Positions 50,035 through 63,054 of a DNA stretch of 64,000 nt are shown here, one piece after another. Numbering within the stretch: position 1 is the first letter of the stretch; every line of letters starts with the position of its first letter. The DNA comes from Somniosus microcephalus. Lineage: Eukaryota. The stretch lies in the NCBI GenBank assembly GCA_052327205.1, contig CM126202.1:145762001-145826000 (forward strand). The letters run 5' to 3'. The position numbers were made by a program, and so were the translations under genes. The notes under the pieces are model-generated. The model ran no database searches. It was not told where the DNA came from and worked only from the letters and a program-made list of their open reading frames with translations.

Positions 50035-51592
50035 GTGGGCAAGTACCTTAAATTCACACCATTGCATTGATTTCAGTACCAAGTCTATCAGCGAGGACTG
50101 TAACAGCGCACCCGGTGGAGGAACGGGGTACCTCTGACAGCAACGTCTGAATTTATGCATTTAACTGTGCGTGTGCGTGTGAGTGTGCAGACGCCAAAGG
50201 TTGCTGTCCGATTTACTCCATAATATTGGTGAGCACTGACAGCTTCACCATCATTATCAACACAAAATCCGGGCCATTATACCACTCGATTTGCATTTTG
50301 TGAAGCTCTAATAAGCACAGTACAATAAAAAGTGTTCTGTGGATACTGTGACAGCTTAAGCTGGTGTTCATCTGTTTTCCAAGGGTGGGGGATGGGCTTG
50401 GGAAGAGCAACAGCAGTAGAGAATCGTTATTATAACAGTTGGTGTAGCAAAATGACTGAGTCTGGTTGCTTTCAGTTGGGTTAGTATTTCTGCACCTATT
50501 TGGGCTTTGCATTTATAATTATATAGAGGGGCACATGTGGTGGGGTCACGTTGACAGGTAACTTGGTCAATCTTTGACACAATTTTCTCATATTAAATAT
50601 GGTGCTCCAATAAGCTACAACAGCAAAGGGTTAAATCAGAAATACAGGATATTAATACTATATACCTTCCAATCCGATATCAGTTCCATCTTTGTTACCA
50701 TAGTGCTTACACCAGCTGTTTCTACCGTACTTAGCAGAAATACATAACAGCATGAAAAATGTAAAAATCGTACTATCATCTTAAGCCTATAGACCATATA
50801 ATAAAGATTGGCAAATGTTTTGGCAGTGAATTACTAGGCAGAGATTTAGTTGTGATTGATTACTACCTTACACTCACTGACAGATATTTGCTATTCTCAG
50901 AATATATAGTTTATGGTTTACATTAAAATAAAATTCATTTCCCCCCACATTTTTTTACCATTATCCGGTGAGTATTCTGAGCCCAGTAGAGCCTGCATAA
51001 TGTAGGCAAGAGTAATAAAGATACATGACTTCGGATCTGGAGGAATTATGGCATCATATAACTGGAGCTATAATAAAACCATTTTTTTCTTTTGGCGGTT
51101 GATTGCTAGGAAAGATGCTACTCACTAATTTGATGATTCCAGTTGTTAACAATGATCATATGTTCTGTGATTTTATTCGGAAAACCATTTTGATCTTAAT
51201 GCAACAATTTCCTCTTGTATTTGGTTTGATCATCAATGAAAAATCTGCTTAACTGATTATTGTACACATGTTTCTAATTTGAGGGGATAAAAAACACTGC
51301 AGAAAGCAAACAGAAAACAACAGAGCATCTCAGCAGCCATTTCACAATGTGACACAGCTACACATTCATTTATGCTTTCCATTTGCTTTCATTATTAAGG
51401 GACTTCTCTATAATGATGTCTTCCTTTATCAGGCCTTGCTAAGATCAGTGGTAATTAGAAAATTGCAATATTTATTCAGTATCTAAAGACAAATTTAGTT
51501 ATTCACTTCAGCTCACAGTTCATGTGACCCATCTGGTACATGCTTAGAAATATTAATTCCTTTTCAGTTAACTTTTGCCTTGTGTCAATGCA

Positions 51593-51623
51593 TCTCTCTC
51601 AGTCTCTCTCTCTCTCTCTCTCT
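51593..51623. repeat. (CT)n microsatellite
   Basis: Interrupted TC dinucleotide run. Confidence 0.8.
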
Positions 51624-52584
51624 ATTAGCTGGAATTGATTATCAAAAACAAAACATACCAAATGATAAAGTATAGCAAATTTGATGGAAATAATGATCTC
51701 CAATTTCTTCATAGTTGTGGAGCACAGTAATGAAAGGTGCATCATAAAGATATATCTGTATGAAACACTGGATAGCAGCTAAGATGAAAGCTGTGTGAAA
51801 GATTTACAGCAAAAGCAAATAGGAACACAGTTAAAACAGGAAGCTTTGGGCAAATTCAGTCTAGAAACGTTGTACCAACAAACGTATGTTAGTTCGCTAT
51901 GTAGAGCATTTACTTAACAATAAAAAAGGATAACATGATAGTTGAAAAAAAACTCAAACAAATAATACATTAAAACTACCATTATAGGAAATAGGTAAGA
52001 ATTTAAAGGAACGGGCAGATGGCAACATCATACATCTATAATGAATATAAATAATTTGCAATTGGAGTTTAAGTTTAAGAAGTTTGCTGGAGAACTCAGA
52101 TGAGACCTAAACGCAACAGCAAACACATCAATAATAAGACTGTATACCCTTCCATATGCCATGCACACTGTTGTTTGTGTTAATTTACTGCATTACATTT
52201 CAGTTCTTATTTCACTTGGCAATACTAAGGTCAATGCATATTAGGGGTGATTCTGTGATTTGGGGCTCCTGGTTGCGATTACCAGATTGTGGAATTATTC
52301 TTATAGAATACATGACCATGATCATCGCTGCTTTCAAGTCAATGGCCAAAGGTTTCAAGAGGTCAAAGTGCAATTTCCTAAATTATTCTCCAAACTGATC
52401 TTTTTGGGATTGCATTGTATTTATTTCTGTACAGTTTTTTCTGAATTCTTTGATAATAGAAGGAACTCTCCAAATTATGAATAGTTTGGGAGCTTCCTCA
52501 TGGCTCAATTGTTATAGGCAGCATGTAACTAAGCCATACAGACCAGGCAGTTCCAAGTGTGGTTTTGTGCTGAGTCAGCTGATC

Positions 52585-53305
52585 ATAGACCGATAAAGCA
52601 CAGAAGGAGGCATTTCGGCCCATCATGCCTGTGCCGGCTCTTTGGAAGAGCAATCCAATTAGTCCCACACACCTGCTCTTTCCCCATAGCCCTGTATTTT
52701 TTTCCCCTTCAAGTATTTATCCAGTTCTCTTTTGAAGGCTGCCATTGAATCTGCTTCCACCATCCTTTCAAGCAACACATTCTAGATCATGATAATTCAC
52801 TGCCTAAAAAAATTGGAAGATTGTGGCCAGAGCCTTCGCAATTTCCACCCTTACTTCCCTCAGCAACCTAGGATGGAGCCCATTTGGACCAGGTGACTTT
52901 TCTACTTTGAGTACTGCCAACCTTTTAAGTACCTCCTCTTTATCTATTTTTATCCTATTCAATGTATCCACTACCTCTTCCTTTACTGTGACATTGGCCG
53001 GATCCTCTTCTTTCGTTAAGACAGGTGCAAAGTACTCATGTCGTACCTCAGCCATGGCCTCTGCCTCCACAAGAAAATATTTTTTTGGTCTACAATTGAC
53101 TGCACCCTTCCTTTGACTACCCTTTTACTATTTATATGTTTATAAAAAAACTTTTGGGCTCCCTTTTATGTTTGCCGCTAATCTATTCTCATACACTCTA
53201 TTTGTCCCTCTTATTTCCTTTTTCAGTTCTCCTCTGTACTTTCTATATTCAGCTTGGTTCTCTGCTGTATTATGAACCTGACATTTGTCATAAGCCTCCT
53301 TATGG
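52585..53305 (-). mobile_element. CR1 LINE remnant: 3' tail joined to an RT N-terminal piece (large internal deletion)
   Basis: Tail GGAGGCATTTCGGCCCATC; KSPGPNGLHPRLLREVRVEIAKAL coding fragment. Confidence 0.8.
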
Positions 53306-54340
53306 CTCAGTTCCTCACTGGGCAGTAGAAACATAAACAATAAGAACACTTCAATGACTTATCAAAGCATTAATAAATTAAGAATCACTCCCACCATTTT
53401 GCATTCTCCACCATACATAATTGCAACTCTTGCCATTTTGTTTTGCCAACAGTGAATCTATCTGAGCAGCTGCGGAGAGTGAGCCTCTATTGCTGCCTTC
53501 ATGTACAGCAGTTTAAATGTCACAGTAACTTCAATTGTAGTCTACCACCTGATTCATATTAAGGCATTAACTCTTCTTTTTCTCCAATTTCTTTCCTCTG
53601 GTCAAGCTGCTGGCTTATGTTGGGTTATGGTTTCAAGGGCGCTAGGCACCCTCCAGCATTTCATTGTAATGGGTTTTCTTCATGTGTGATCATAGGTAGA
53701 AAGTGGCAAGCTGTTCAACCATGAGGGACCATCAAAGCTAGCCTAATCCTACTCTCAGTCAATTTACACACACACATTCTAGATGGGTCACTGGATATCC
53801 ATCAGGAGTAAGATTCCTGGCTGTTTTTTGCCCATTAAGACCAATTAAAGAGCCCCTATCTCAGCTGGGATGGTGGTACAGTTTGCATCAGAGCCTCTGA
53901 TGAAGAATGGCCCCTTGGATCAGGTACCAGACGGTAACCATTCAACCATACCCGAGGATAAATCAGTGGCCTTAGGGAGAAAAGGGAAGGAACCCGGAAA
54001 GAAATGTGCATTTTGTGGCTGCCTCTAATAGCAGAGCAATAACCTGCTACGAAGCTTCTAACAGTGCTGCTCTAAGTCAATCACTAGGAGGTATCAGGGC
54101 CCCTTTTGAAAAATCAAATAGATCTCAAAAAGTCAATTCCCAACATTTTTTATTGGTTGATTTTTGAAAGAGAGTCCTGATGATGAGATTATATTATAGT
54201 AAGGGGGTGGGGTAGCTTGGAGTAAAATTGTAAATGCAAATATGAAGAACGGGTTTAAGCTTTTGTTACAAATAGAAAACAGAGGAATTTCTTCTACTTG
54301 TAGTTTTTCCCTTCCCTACATTAATTATCTAAAACTAAAT

Positions 54341-55025
54341 GGCCTAGAAATTCACTAGCCTTAGCGCCGCTTTTGAGGCGCTAGAGGGACTAGCGGCAGA
54401 GTTATGGCCAGTTAAAAAATTCCCTGGGGCCCTAAATCGGCGTTGCACCGGTAGCGCTGCGCCGGCACCGATGACGTCATCGGTGTGCGCAGCGTCCCGG
54501 TTGCCGTGGTAACCCGCCCGAACTCCAAAATTGAGTTGCGGCCGCCTCGCCCGTGGCAGCCGCAAGCAACGTTCTGGCAGAGGTGCCTTACTCCAGTTTG
54601 CGCCGGCGCATTAAAGGCCCCGCGGCGGCCGGCCACTTTCCCGCCGGCTGCCTGCCCGCAGCTCCCTCCCCGGACTTCTCCCCCCCCCCCCCCGGAACAG
54701 ATGCAAGCCCGGCACTTGTCCGAGGTGCCGGGCTCATTTTTAAGCTGATTTGCGCGGGCCGCGGCCGGGTGCAGGCAGCTCCTCCTTAACGGGAGGAAGA
54801 GGCCTGCATGTCCCCAGCCTGCCGCACCGCATCGGGTGCCGCAGCGCCGGAATTGCGGCGCGAAACGGCAGTTAGCGCCGATGTACCGCCGCAAAGACCC
54901 TTCAGTAGCGCCGGCAGCCGTTTGGGCGCGGCGCCACTGAATTTTTGGCGCGCGCAGGGGACTTAGCGCCGGCACTAACTTCCGGCGCTAAAGCCCTGGC
55001 TAAGCCAAAACCCAATTTCTAGGCC
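54341..55025. mobile_element. GC-rich non-autonomous DNA element, copy 2 (685 bp)
   Basis: Perfect TIR GGCCTAGAAATT / AATTTCTAGGCC; AAT at 54338-54340 and 55026-55028. Confidence 0.9.
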
Positions 55026-56640
55026 AATATCTTTATACAACAAATGTGAAATGACCTCTAATAGTCATAAATCAGACAGAAAATAAAATCTGATGTTGCA
55101 ACAATTTTAGTCTGAACAACTGAGCCATCTTCTGCCTTCCATAACTTTATTTTTGGCCGAAACACTGAAAACAATAAAAGCCTCTCGTCTTTCAAAGCTA
55201 TATTAAAAATCTGCTCTGTTCCCCTGATACAGTAATCGTGTACATAATATATTGAGTCTATTAGATATGCTTAGTAGTGCACAGAAATGTTGCATTTTCT
55301 GTTGAAGACTGCTAGCTGCAAATATATAAATGCAATATATAAATCATTAGTTCATTTACTGTCTCACATAATTATGGTACAAAGAAAGAAGCATACAATT
55401 TGGTCCTATAGTTAGATCATTTCAAAAAAACAAACTAACATCCTTGTCTCTGCAAGAAAAATATGATCTTGTGCTCAGATAAGTGGAAAGATCTGAATAT
55501 TCAAGAAGGGGCACATGCAGACTGCATACTCGTTCAATTGCCAAAATCAGTCTAACATTTTCTAGTAATATGATGTCCTTGGTGAAGGTTAGTTGAATAA
55601 TTGTATGTGATTATAGCAGAGCCATAGTACTTTTCGTGTCAGTATCAATGAAATGAAGATTGATTCCCTTTAATTAATCATTCCAAAATAACCCCTGTTT
55701 GAATCCCTGTGGAGAAGATGTATGTTTCTACATATTTTCTTTAAAGGTTCTTTGATGCGTGCTGTTCCCTGATGAGATAATGTTGTTAAGCACATGTTTG
55801 CCTGTCCTAATGCATTGTAACCTGTTCTGTAATTGATTGTTTGTTCCAATCGCCAGACCCTTCCCCCCTCCATTCCCTCCCCGTACACATTAACTATTAA
55901 GAATAGGGTCTGTAGTCCAGCCTGTTGTGAAAGTGCATAAAATGACTAACTTGATCATGGGGTTGGTGGGTTTACTAACACCTGATAAGGCCATGGTTGC
56001 AACTCTTAAGGCTCTTGCCTTTGGATAAGGCTTGCATGAGCATCATAGAGGACAGGACATTTTACACAACACAGATATATGTGATTAGAATGTGTACAAG
56101 TTAAAAAGCAGCTATGGTATTTCCTGCTCTACTACATTCTGAAAATTAAGGATTCTCTTCAGTAGAAACATTCAGGACGGTTCTTACACAGTATTGATTT
56201 TCAATGAAAAAAAATTAGATGGACGAAACAATAGAAATGTGATACAGTACTTGTTTTCTGAGTGAATTCACCAGGGCTGTAATATTGCTTTGTGCTCATG
56301 TTCATTACTTTGTCTGTCTTCTATGAAAAAGAACTGCTGAATTGGATTTCAACATTTTATTTGTAACATAATACTTCTCAATGTATAAAATGATGCCATT
56401 GTTGTTCTTGAAGCACAGTCAATTAGTCAATTATAGGGACATTAAGCACTTCTTTCCAAGTAATGTACTCTTGTGTTCTCTTTTCTCTGAATGTGGAAGT
56501 TTGTTCTATTGGAATACAATTACAATATTAAACCACATCCCCGTTCAAGATGTTGGGCAGATTGTCAGCACTGTCGAGACTGTTAGTTCAAGTATTAGGA
56601 CTTTAGTGTCAACTTTGATGTCATTTGTAATAAAGTAAGA

Positions 56641-57058
56641 AACAAGGAACTACTATTTATATAGTGCCTTTGATGACCTGAGGAAGTCCCAAAGTGCTTT
56701 TTGGTCACTGTTGTAATGTATAAAACATGGCAGACAATTTGCACACAGCAAGGTCCCACATAAACCAAAGGAATAAATGACCAGATAATCGGTTTGTAGC
56801 TGTTGGCTGAGGGATAAATATTGGCCAGGACATCGGGAAAACTCCACTGCTCTTCTTCGAATAGTGCCATAGAAACTTTTTTTGTCCACCTGAGAGGGCA
56901 GGTGGCAGCTCAGTTTGACGTCTCATCCAAAAGATGGCACCTCCAACTGAGCAGCACTCCATCAGCTTTGCACTGAAGTGCCAGCTGAAGTCTCTGGAGT
57001 GGGGCTTGAACCCACAACCTCTGATTCAGAGGCAAGTGTGCTACTACTGAACCGAGGA
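56641..57058 (-). mobile_element. DeuSINE-type SINE (SacSINE1-like) with L2-like tail
   Basis: Minus-strand tRNA-like head (GGTTCAGTAGTAGCAC...GGGTTCAAGCCCC), central GTGCTG..GGAGGTGCCATCTTTTGGATGAGACGT Deu-like block, tail ending GCACTATATAAAT; family recognised from memory. Confidence 0.75.
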
Positions 57059-58408
57059 TGGCACTTGAAGAAATGCAAAGATTAATTACAGATAAGTTTG
57101 GCAAACACAGATGGATAAGAAGTAACATTATCTGCTGATTTAATATTCCATATTTTATGTAGTAACCTGGGTGAAAGACAAAATAACACTCACTCCTACC
57201 AATGAACTTTTTGCCTGCAGGCACATATAACAGCCTACAGCCAGTGATATTACCACAGGGGACATGGAACTGCTCATTGCACCCCAAGCATGCATTGGAA
57301 AGACTTTTATTAACATAATGATATTTTACATGTTGCAAAGTCAGATTTTCTCCACAAGATGGAAAGCAGTTTAAACCATCCTGTCTTCAAAGCACCCTAG
57401 GAGGTGAAATCCTATTTTAATACAAAACAGAATGTCAGCTAACAACCAGCCCAAGACCACATTCTCAGAAATTGTACCTTTCACAGGTTCCCACATTTTC
57501 ATTAGCTGTTATTGATTATGCAGAAAAATAGACATTCTTCTGTTTTTCGTTAAAAGAGGAATATCACCCTGAGTGATTTTGATGTAGCAATTTAGTGCTA
57601 GGCCTAAATAGGTGGTTTCTGATGCTGGTCCAGTAGACCAGACTCCAGCCACAATATGCAGTACGATAACTTTTTATTGGTTCATTTTAATAGATGTAGA
57701 CAATTAAAACTAGATATTGAGATTACATGAGGTCCTGCAGCAAATGATTGGACCTGAACTTGCGGTTGGAGGCTCCTTGCGGGCGAATGCCCCCGATCCG
57801 CAAGAAAAGTACGCACCTACCAGGTGCCTCCGTATCTGCGGAGTCCTGCAGTCCTGTTCCTGCAGGCGTACGCCTGCGTAAAGGCCCACATAACCCAGGG
57901 GCACTTGCAGTTCGCAAGTATCTCTGGGATCACATGGGCCGGCCCAACCAATCAAAAAGGGGGATTCCCATCATGCTTATGGGGATACCATTTACATACG
58001 GATTCCCTATAAGCACAATAGGAGTGACATAAAAAAATACTTTCACACAACCTAAATAAAAATAAATCACCACATGTTTAAAATCAATAAAAATACAATT
58101 TAATTAAACATTTAAAACAAAAATTTAATTTTTTGAAAAATAAATTTAAATATTTTTAAAGGGGCCAAAAATAACCTAAACTAATTTTAAAGATTTTTGA
58201 ATGTTGAAATGATTTTTTTTAAATTATTTAATATTTATTTTCACCTGCTTTTACCTGCCATAATGGTTTCATGGGCATTCGCTAGGCAGCAGTTGGGCAA
58301 ATAGCCCAACTTTTCCTCAGCGAATGTCCATTTCCTGTGCATGCAGATGATCTGTCGAGCTGAAACTTGACGGATCGCAAGTTCTGGGTTTCCACGCATG
58401 CAGAAACT

Positions 58409-60730
58409 CAACAACAACAACTTGTATTTATATAGCGCTTTTAACGTAGTAAAACGTCCCAAGGCACTTCACAAGAGTATTAAAGGACAAAAAACTTGAC
58501 ACCGAGCCGCATAAGGAGAAATTAGGGCAGGTGACCAAAAGCTTGGTCAAAGAGGTAGGCTTTAAGGAGCGTCTTAAAGGAGGAAAGAGGTAGCGAGGTG
58601 GAGAGGTTTATTTCACAGAATTTCACAGAAACCCCACAGTGCAGATAGAGGCCATTTCGGCCCATCGAGCCTGCACCGACACATATCCCACCCGATCCCC
58701 GTAACCCCTACACCAACACATATCCCACCCTATCCCCACGTATTTAATCTCCCTAACACTAAGGGTCAATTTATCATAGCCAAACAACCTAACCCGCACA
58801 TCTTTGGATTGTGGGAGGAAACCGGAGCACCTGGAGGAAACCCACGCAAACACGGGGAGAATGTGCAAACTCCACACAGACAGTTACCCGAGGCCGGATT
58901 CGAACCCGGGTCCCTGGCGCTGTGAGGCAACAGTGCTAACCACTATGCCACCGTGCTGGGAATTTCAGAGCTTAGGGCCTAGGCAACAGAAGGCACGGCC
59001 ACCAATGGTTGAATGATTATAATCAGGGATGCTCAAGAGGGCAGATTTAGAGGAGTGCAAATATCTCCGGGGGGGTTGTGGGGCTGAAGGAGATTAAAGA
59101 GATAGGAAGGAGCGAGGCCATAGAGGGATTTGAAAACAAGGATAAGAATTTTGAAATCGAGACGTTACTTAATCGGGAGCCAGTGTAGGTCAGTGAGCAC
59201 AGGGGTGATGGGTGAACGGGACTTGGTGCGAGTTAGGACATGGGCAGCCGAGTTTTGGATGACCTCAAGTTTACGTAGGGTAGAATGTGGGAGGCCAGCC
59301 AGGAGTGCATTGGAATAGCCAAGTCTAGAGGTAACAAAGGCATAGATGAGGGTTTCAGCAGCGGATGAGCTGAGGCAAGGGCAGAGATGGGCGATGTTAC
59401 GGAGGTGGAATTGGCGGACTTAGTTATGCTGCGGATATGTGGTCGGAAGCTCTTGTCAGGGTCAAATATGACACCAAGATTGCAAACAGTGTGGTTCAGC
59501 CTCAGACAAATGTTAGGGAGAGGGATGAAATCAGTAGCTAGGGAACGGAGTTTGTGGCGGGGCCCGAAAGCAATGGCTTTGGTCTTCCCAATATTTAATT
59601 GACGAAAATTTCTGCTCCTCCAGAACTGGATATCGTACAAGCAGTCTGACAATTTAGAGACCGTGAAGGGGCCGAGAGAAGTGGTAGTGAGGTAGAGCTG
59701 GGTGTCATCAGCGTACATGTGGAAACTGACACTGTGTTTTCGGATGATGTTGCCAAAGGAAAACATGTAGATGAGAAATAGGAGGGGGCCAAGGATAGAT
59801 CCTTGGGGGACACCAGAGGTAATGATGCAGGAGTGGGAACAGAAGCCGTTGCAGGTGATTCTCTGGCTATGATTAGATAGATAAGAATGGAACCGGGCGA
59901 GTGCAGTCCCACCCAGCTGGACGACGGTGGAGAGGCGTTGGAGGAGGATGGAGTGGTCAACCATGTCAAAGGCTGCAGACAAGTCAAGAAGGACAAGGAG
60001 GGATAGTTTACCTTTGTCACAGTCACAAATAATGCCATTTGTGACTTTGATGAGAGCCGTTTCGGTACTGTGGCAAGGGCGGAAACCTGATTGGAGGGAT
60101 TCAAACATAGAATTGTAGGAAAGATGGGCACGGATTTGGGAGGCGACAACACATTCAAGGTCTTTGATGAAGAAAGGAAGGTTGGAGCTGGGGCAACCAT
60201 TTGCAAGGATGGAGGAGACAAGGGTTGTTTTTTTGAGAGGGGTGATGACGGTAGATTTGAGGGAGAGGGTGACAGTACCTGAGGAGAGAGAACCGTTAAC
60301 AATGTCAGCTAACTTGGGAGCCAGAAAAGAAAGTTGGGTGGTCAGCAGTTTGGTGGGAATAGGGTCGAGGGAGCAGGAAGTGGGTCTCATGGACAAGATG
60401 AGTACGGAGACGTCATGAGGGGAGATTGGAGAGAAACTGGAGAAAGATGTGAGTTCAGGGCTAGGGCAGGGGGGATCCTTAGAGGAAGTTTGGCCCAGTA
60501 GACTAGGGGAACGAAGGGAAGTAGCAGAGGCAGCTGAACGGATGGTCTCAATCATAGAGACAAAGACGTCCATGAGCTCCTCACACTTGTTATCGAAGGT
60601 GAGGGTGGAGGAGACAAGGGAGAGAGGTTTAAGAAGATGGTTTGCAGTAGAGAATAGAAGCCGGGGTTTATCTTTGCATTCCAGAATGATTCTGGAATAG
60701 TGAACAATTTTAGCAGACGAGAGCAGGACC
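58409..60730 (-). mobile_element. 5'-truncated L2-clade LINE containing a SINE
   Basis: (CAA)n tail; RT ORF 59233-60573 (QSGFRPCHSTETAL, LDLSAAFD, GVPQGSILGP, YADDTQLY). Confidence 0.93.
58613..58958 (-). mobile_element. HE1-like tRNA-derived V-SINE
   Basis: Reverse-complement copy of 62691-63054. Confidence 0.92.
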
Positions 60731-61082
60731 CGGAACTTTTAGGGCACTTACAACCGCATACGCTGTGCTTACGTGATCATAGGCCCTGTAAAATCTGGGC
60801 CATTGAGTTCCAGGTTGTACTATTTTTTTTTGATTGCTATATCTTGATTAGATTGTTAAGAGAGAATCACATGAAGTAGATTCCACTACTATTATGTTCA
60901 TAGAGCCATTTTGTCCACATAATGGTGGGATCCCTGAAAATCTACCAGTATACCATAAATATATTTTGGGTTTCTAGAGGCAGAAGGCTCTTGGTTCTGT
61001 TGGGAAAGCTTAATGTACATTGTGCAGGATCACAACATTCTCGTCACTGTCTTTCTCCTGTGATATCAGAAAATTAACCAAA

Positions 61083-61725
61083 CACTAAGGTCGTCTACTT
61101 CCACATCCATAACTTCGCCGACTCCGCCCCTGCCTCAGCTCACCTGATGCTGAAACCCTCATTCATGCCTTTGTTACCTCTAGACTTGACTAGTCCAACG
61201 CTCTCCTGACCAGTCACCCATCTCCGTAAACTTAAGCTCATCCAAAACTCTGTTGCCCATATCCTAACTTGCACCAGGTCCCGCTCACCCATCACCCCTG
61301 TGCTCACTGTCCCACATTGGCTCCTGGTCTGGCAATGCCTCAGTTTTAAAATTCTCATCCTTGTTTTGAAACCCCTCCTTGTCTCACCCCTCCCTATCTC
61401 TGTAAACTCCTCCAGCCCTACAACCCTCTGCGATCTCTGCGCTCCTCCAATTCTGACCTCTTGCGCATCGCCAATTTTAATTGCTCCACCTGGGCAGCCT
61501 TCAGCTGCCTAGGCCCTAAGCTCTGGAATTCCCTCCTTAAACCTCTCCACCTTTCTACCTCTCTCTCCTCCTTTAAGATGCTCCTTAAAGTCTACCTCTT
61601 TGACCAAGCTTTTGACCTGTCCTAATATCTCCTTATGTGGCTCGGTGACAAATTTTGTTTAATAACGTTCCTGTGAAGCATCTTGCGGCGTTTTAGCACT
61701 ATATAAATGCACGTTGTTGTTGTTG
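61083..61725 (+). mobile_element. L2 LINE 3' fragment
   Basis: Homologous to the other L2 copies; ends CTATATAAATGCAC(GTT)n. Confidence 0.88.
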
Positions 61726-62001
61726 TAATTTCCCCTTTTTTTTGCTGCTCTGCCCCATATTAAAAACAGAAGTACAAAACGATTTCTGGGAAATATGGGG
61801 ATTTGAGATTTAAGCTGTACACAGCAGAAATTATGAATTGAAAGGCTCAAACAGTCAGTCATCATTTTTCTCCTGTAAAAGATTCTGCCAGAAGTGGATG
61901 CAGTTGTATAATATGCCCAGCCACACACAGGCAGGCATATTATGGCAACATGATGGAAATAGGTTCTACCATATCATTTGCATCTTAGCAATGAGGACCT
62001 C

Positions 62002-62282
62002 GGGGAAGATTTAAAATGTAAAAGATCAGGTTTGGCAAAACCAGTTAGAGAGTTTTTTTTAAAGTTCCCACTGGACAGCAGGCCCACCTATACTGTGGCA
62101 CAGCAGCTCAATGAAATCCTCCTGCACCCTCCCCACCTGGGTCGGGCATCTCATCGGCTCTGTAAATGGCACTGGAACCAGCCTGCAAAATGGAAATGTG
62201 CCTGATCGCAGAATATGAGCCAGGGACAGGGGCACAGCCCTGGTGCGAGCAGAAGTTCGGCATCACCCAAAATCCGGCCCCC
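62002..62282. mobile_element. Possible short MITE of the same terminus class
   Basis: GGGGAAGATTTA ... AAAATCCGGCCCCC followed by AAT; boundaries uncertain. Confidence 0.35.
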
Positions 62283-62690
62283 AATATCGCCATGCATTTC
62301 TTAATTTCTATTTCTTAATCCTGAGGAAGCCACCTTAACCTATAGGTCCCAAGATTAAGCCTTTCTAAGAAATCACCACCTCCTTACAAGTGATTTACTT
62401 TTTACATAGGGATCCTGGACCAGCTGCTTGAGTTCCAATAACCCAATGGGTGCTTGTCCCTAACTCCTGAAATACCTCATTACTGCTTCAATTTTCTAGT
62501 TTCCCATGAAAGACTTTTTTGAGATTTAGAATATAACGTAACCACATGCACTGCATAAATGCCAAGCTAAGCAACTGGCAAAAGCCAAGCAATCGCGTCA
62601 AAAAAGCTGACACACCCTACAACACTGACAACTCAGGAATGGACCTGATTATATGCCTAGGACGTGTGAAACATGTAGTTATAGAAAGAA

Positions 62691-63054
62691 GGGCAGCACG
62701 GTGGCATAGTGGTTAGCACTGTTGCCTCACAGCGCCAGGAACCCGGGTTCGAATCCGGCCCCGGGCGACTGTCTGTGTGGAGTTTGCACATTCTCCCCGT
62801 GTTTGCGTGGGTTTCCTCCGGGTGCTCCGGTTTCCTCCCACAGTCCAAAGATGTGCGGGTTAGGTTGATTGGCTATGATAAATTGACCCTTAGTGTTAGG
62901 GGGATTAAATACGTGGGGTTACGGGGATAGGGTGGGATATGTGTTGGTGTAGGGGTTACAGGGATCGGGTGGGATATGTGTCGGTGCAGGCTCGATGGGC
63001 CGAAATGGCCTCTATCTGCACTGTGGGGTTTCTGTGATTTCTGTGATTCTGTGA
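62691..63054 (+). mobile_element. HE1-like tRNA-derived V-SINE, full length
   Basis: A box TGGCATAGTGG, B box GGTTCGAATCC, V-domain TGTGTGGAGTTTGCACATTCTCCCCGTG, CR1-like tail with TTTCTGTGA repeats. Confidence 0.93.

Larger units (their letters stand above)
43946..50275. mobile_element. MITE (~1 kb of its own sequence) hosting LTR element C and a hAT MITE
   Basis: Ends GGCTCGGATTTTGTG / CACAAAATCCGGGCC; ATT at 43943-43945 and 50276-50278. Confidence 0.8.
57750..60801. mobile_element. MITE with ATT duplication, split by an L2 insertion
   Basis: ATT|GGACCTGAACTT ... AAAATCTGGGCC|ATT (57747-57749, 60802-60804); GC arms with AT-rich core. Confidence 0.65.

Noticed and set aside
54412-54975. 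187-aa and other ORFs in GC-rich MITEs as genes
   Set aside because: Low-complexity Ala/Gly/Arg translations expected from high GC content; the long frame is not kept in the 32928 copy; no domain motifs.
56540-56640. Candidate host exon ending AA|GTAAGA
   Set aside because: No recognisable protein, weak acceptor, and the apparent donor abuts the SINE tail.
62691-62770. tRNA gene
   Set aside because: It is the tRNA-derived head of a SINE that continues into the V-domain and LINE-like tail.
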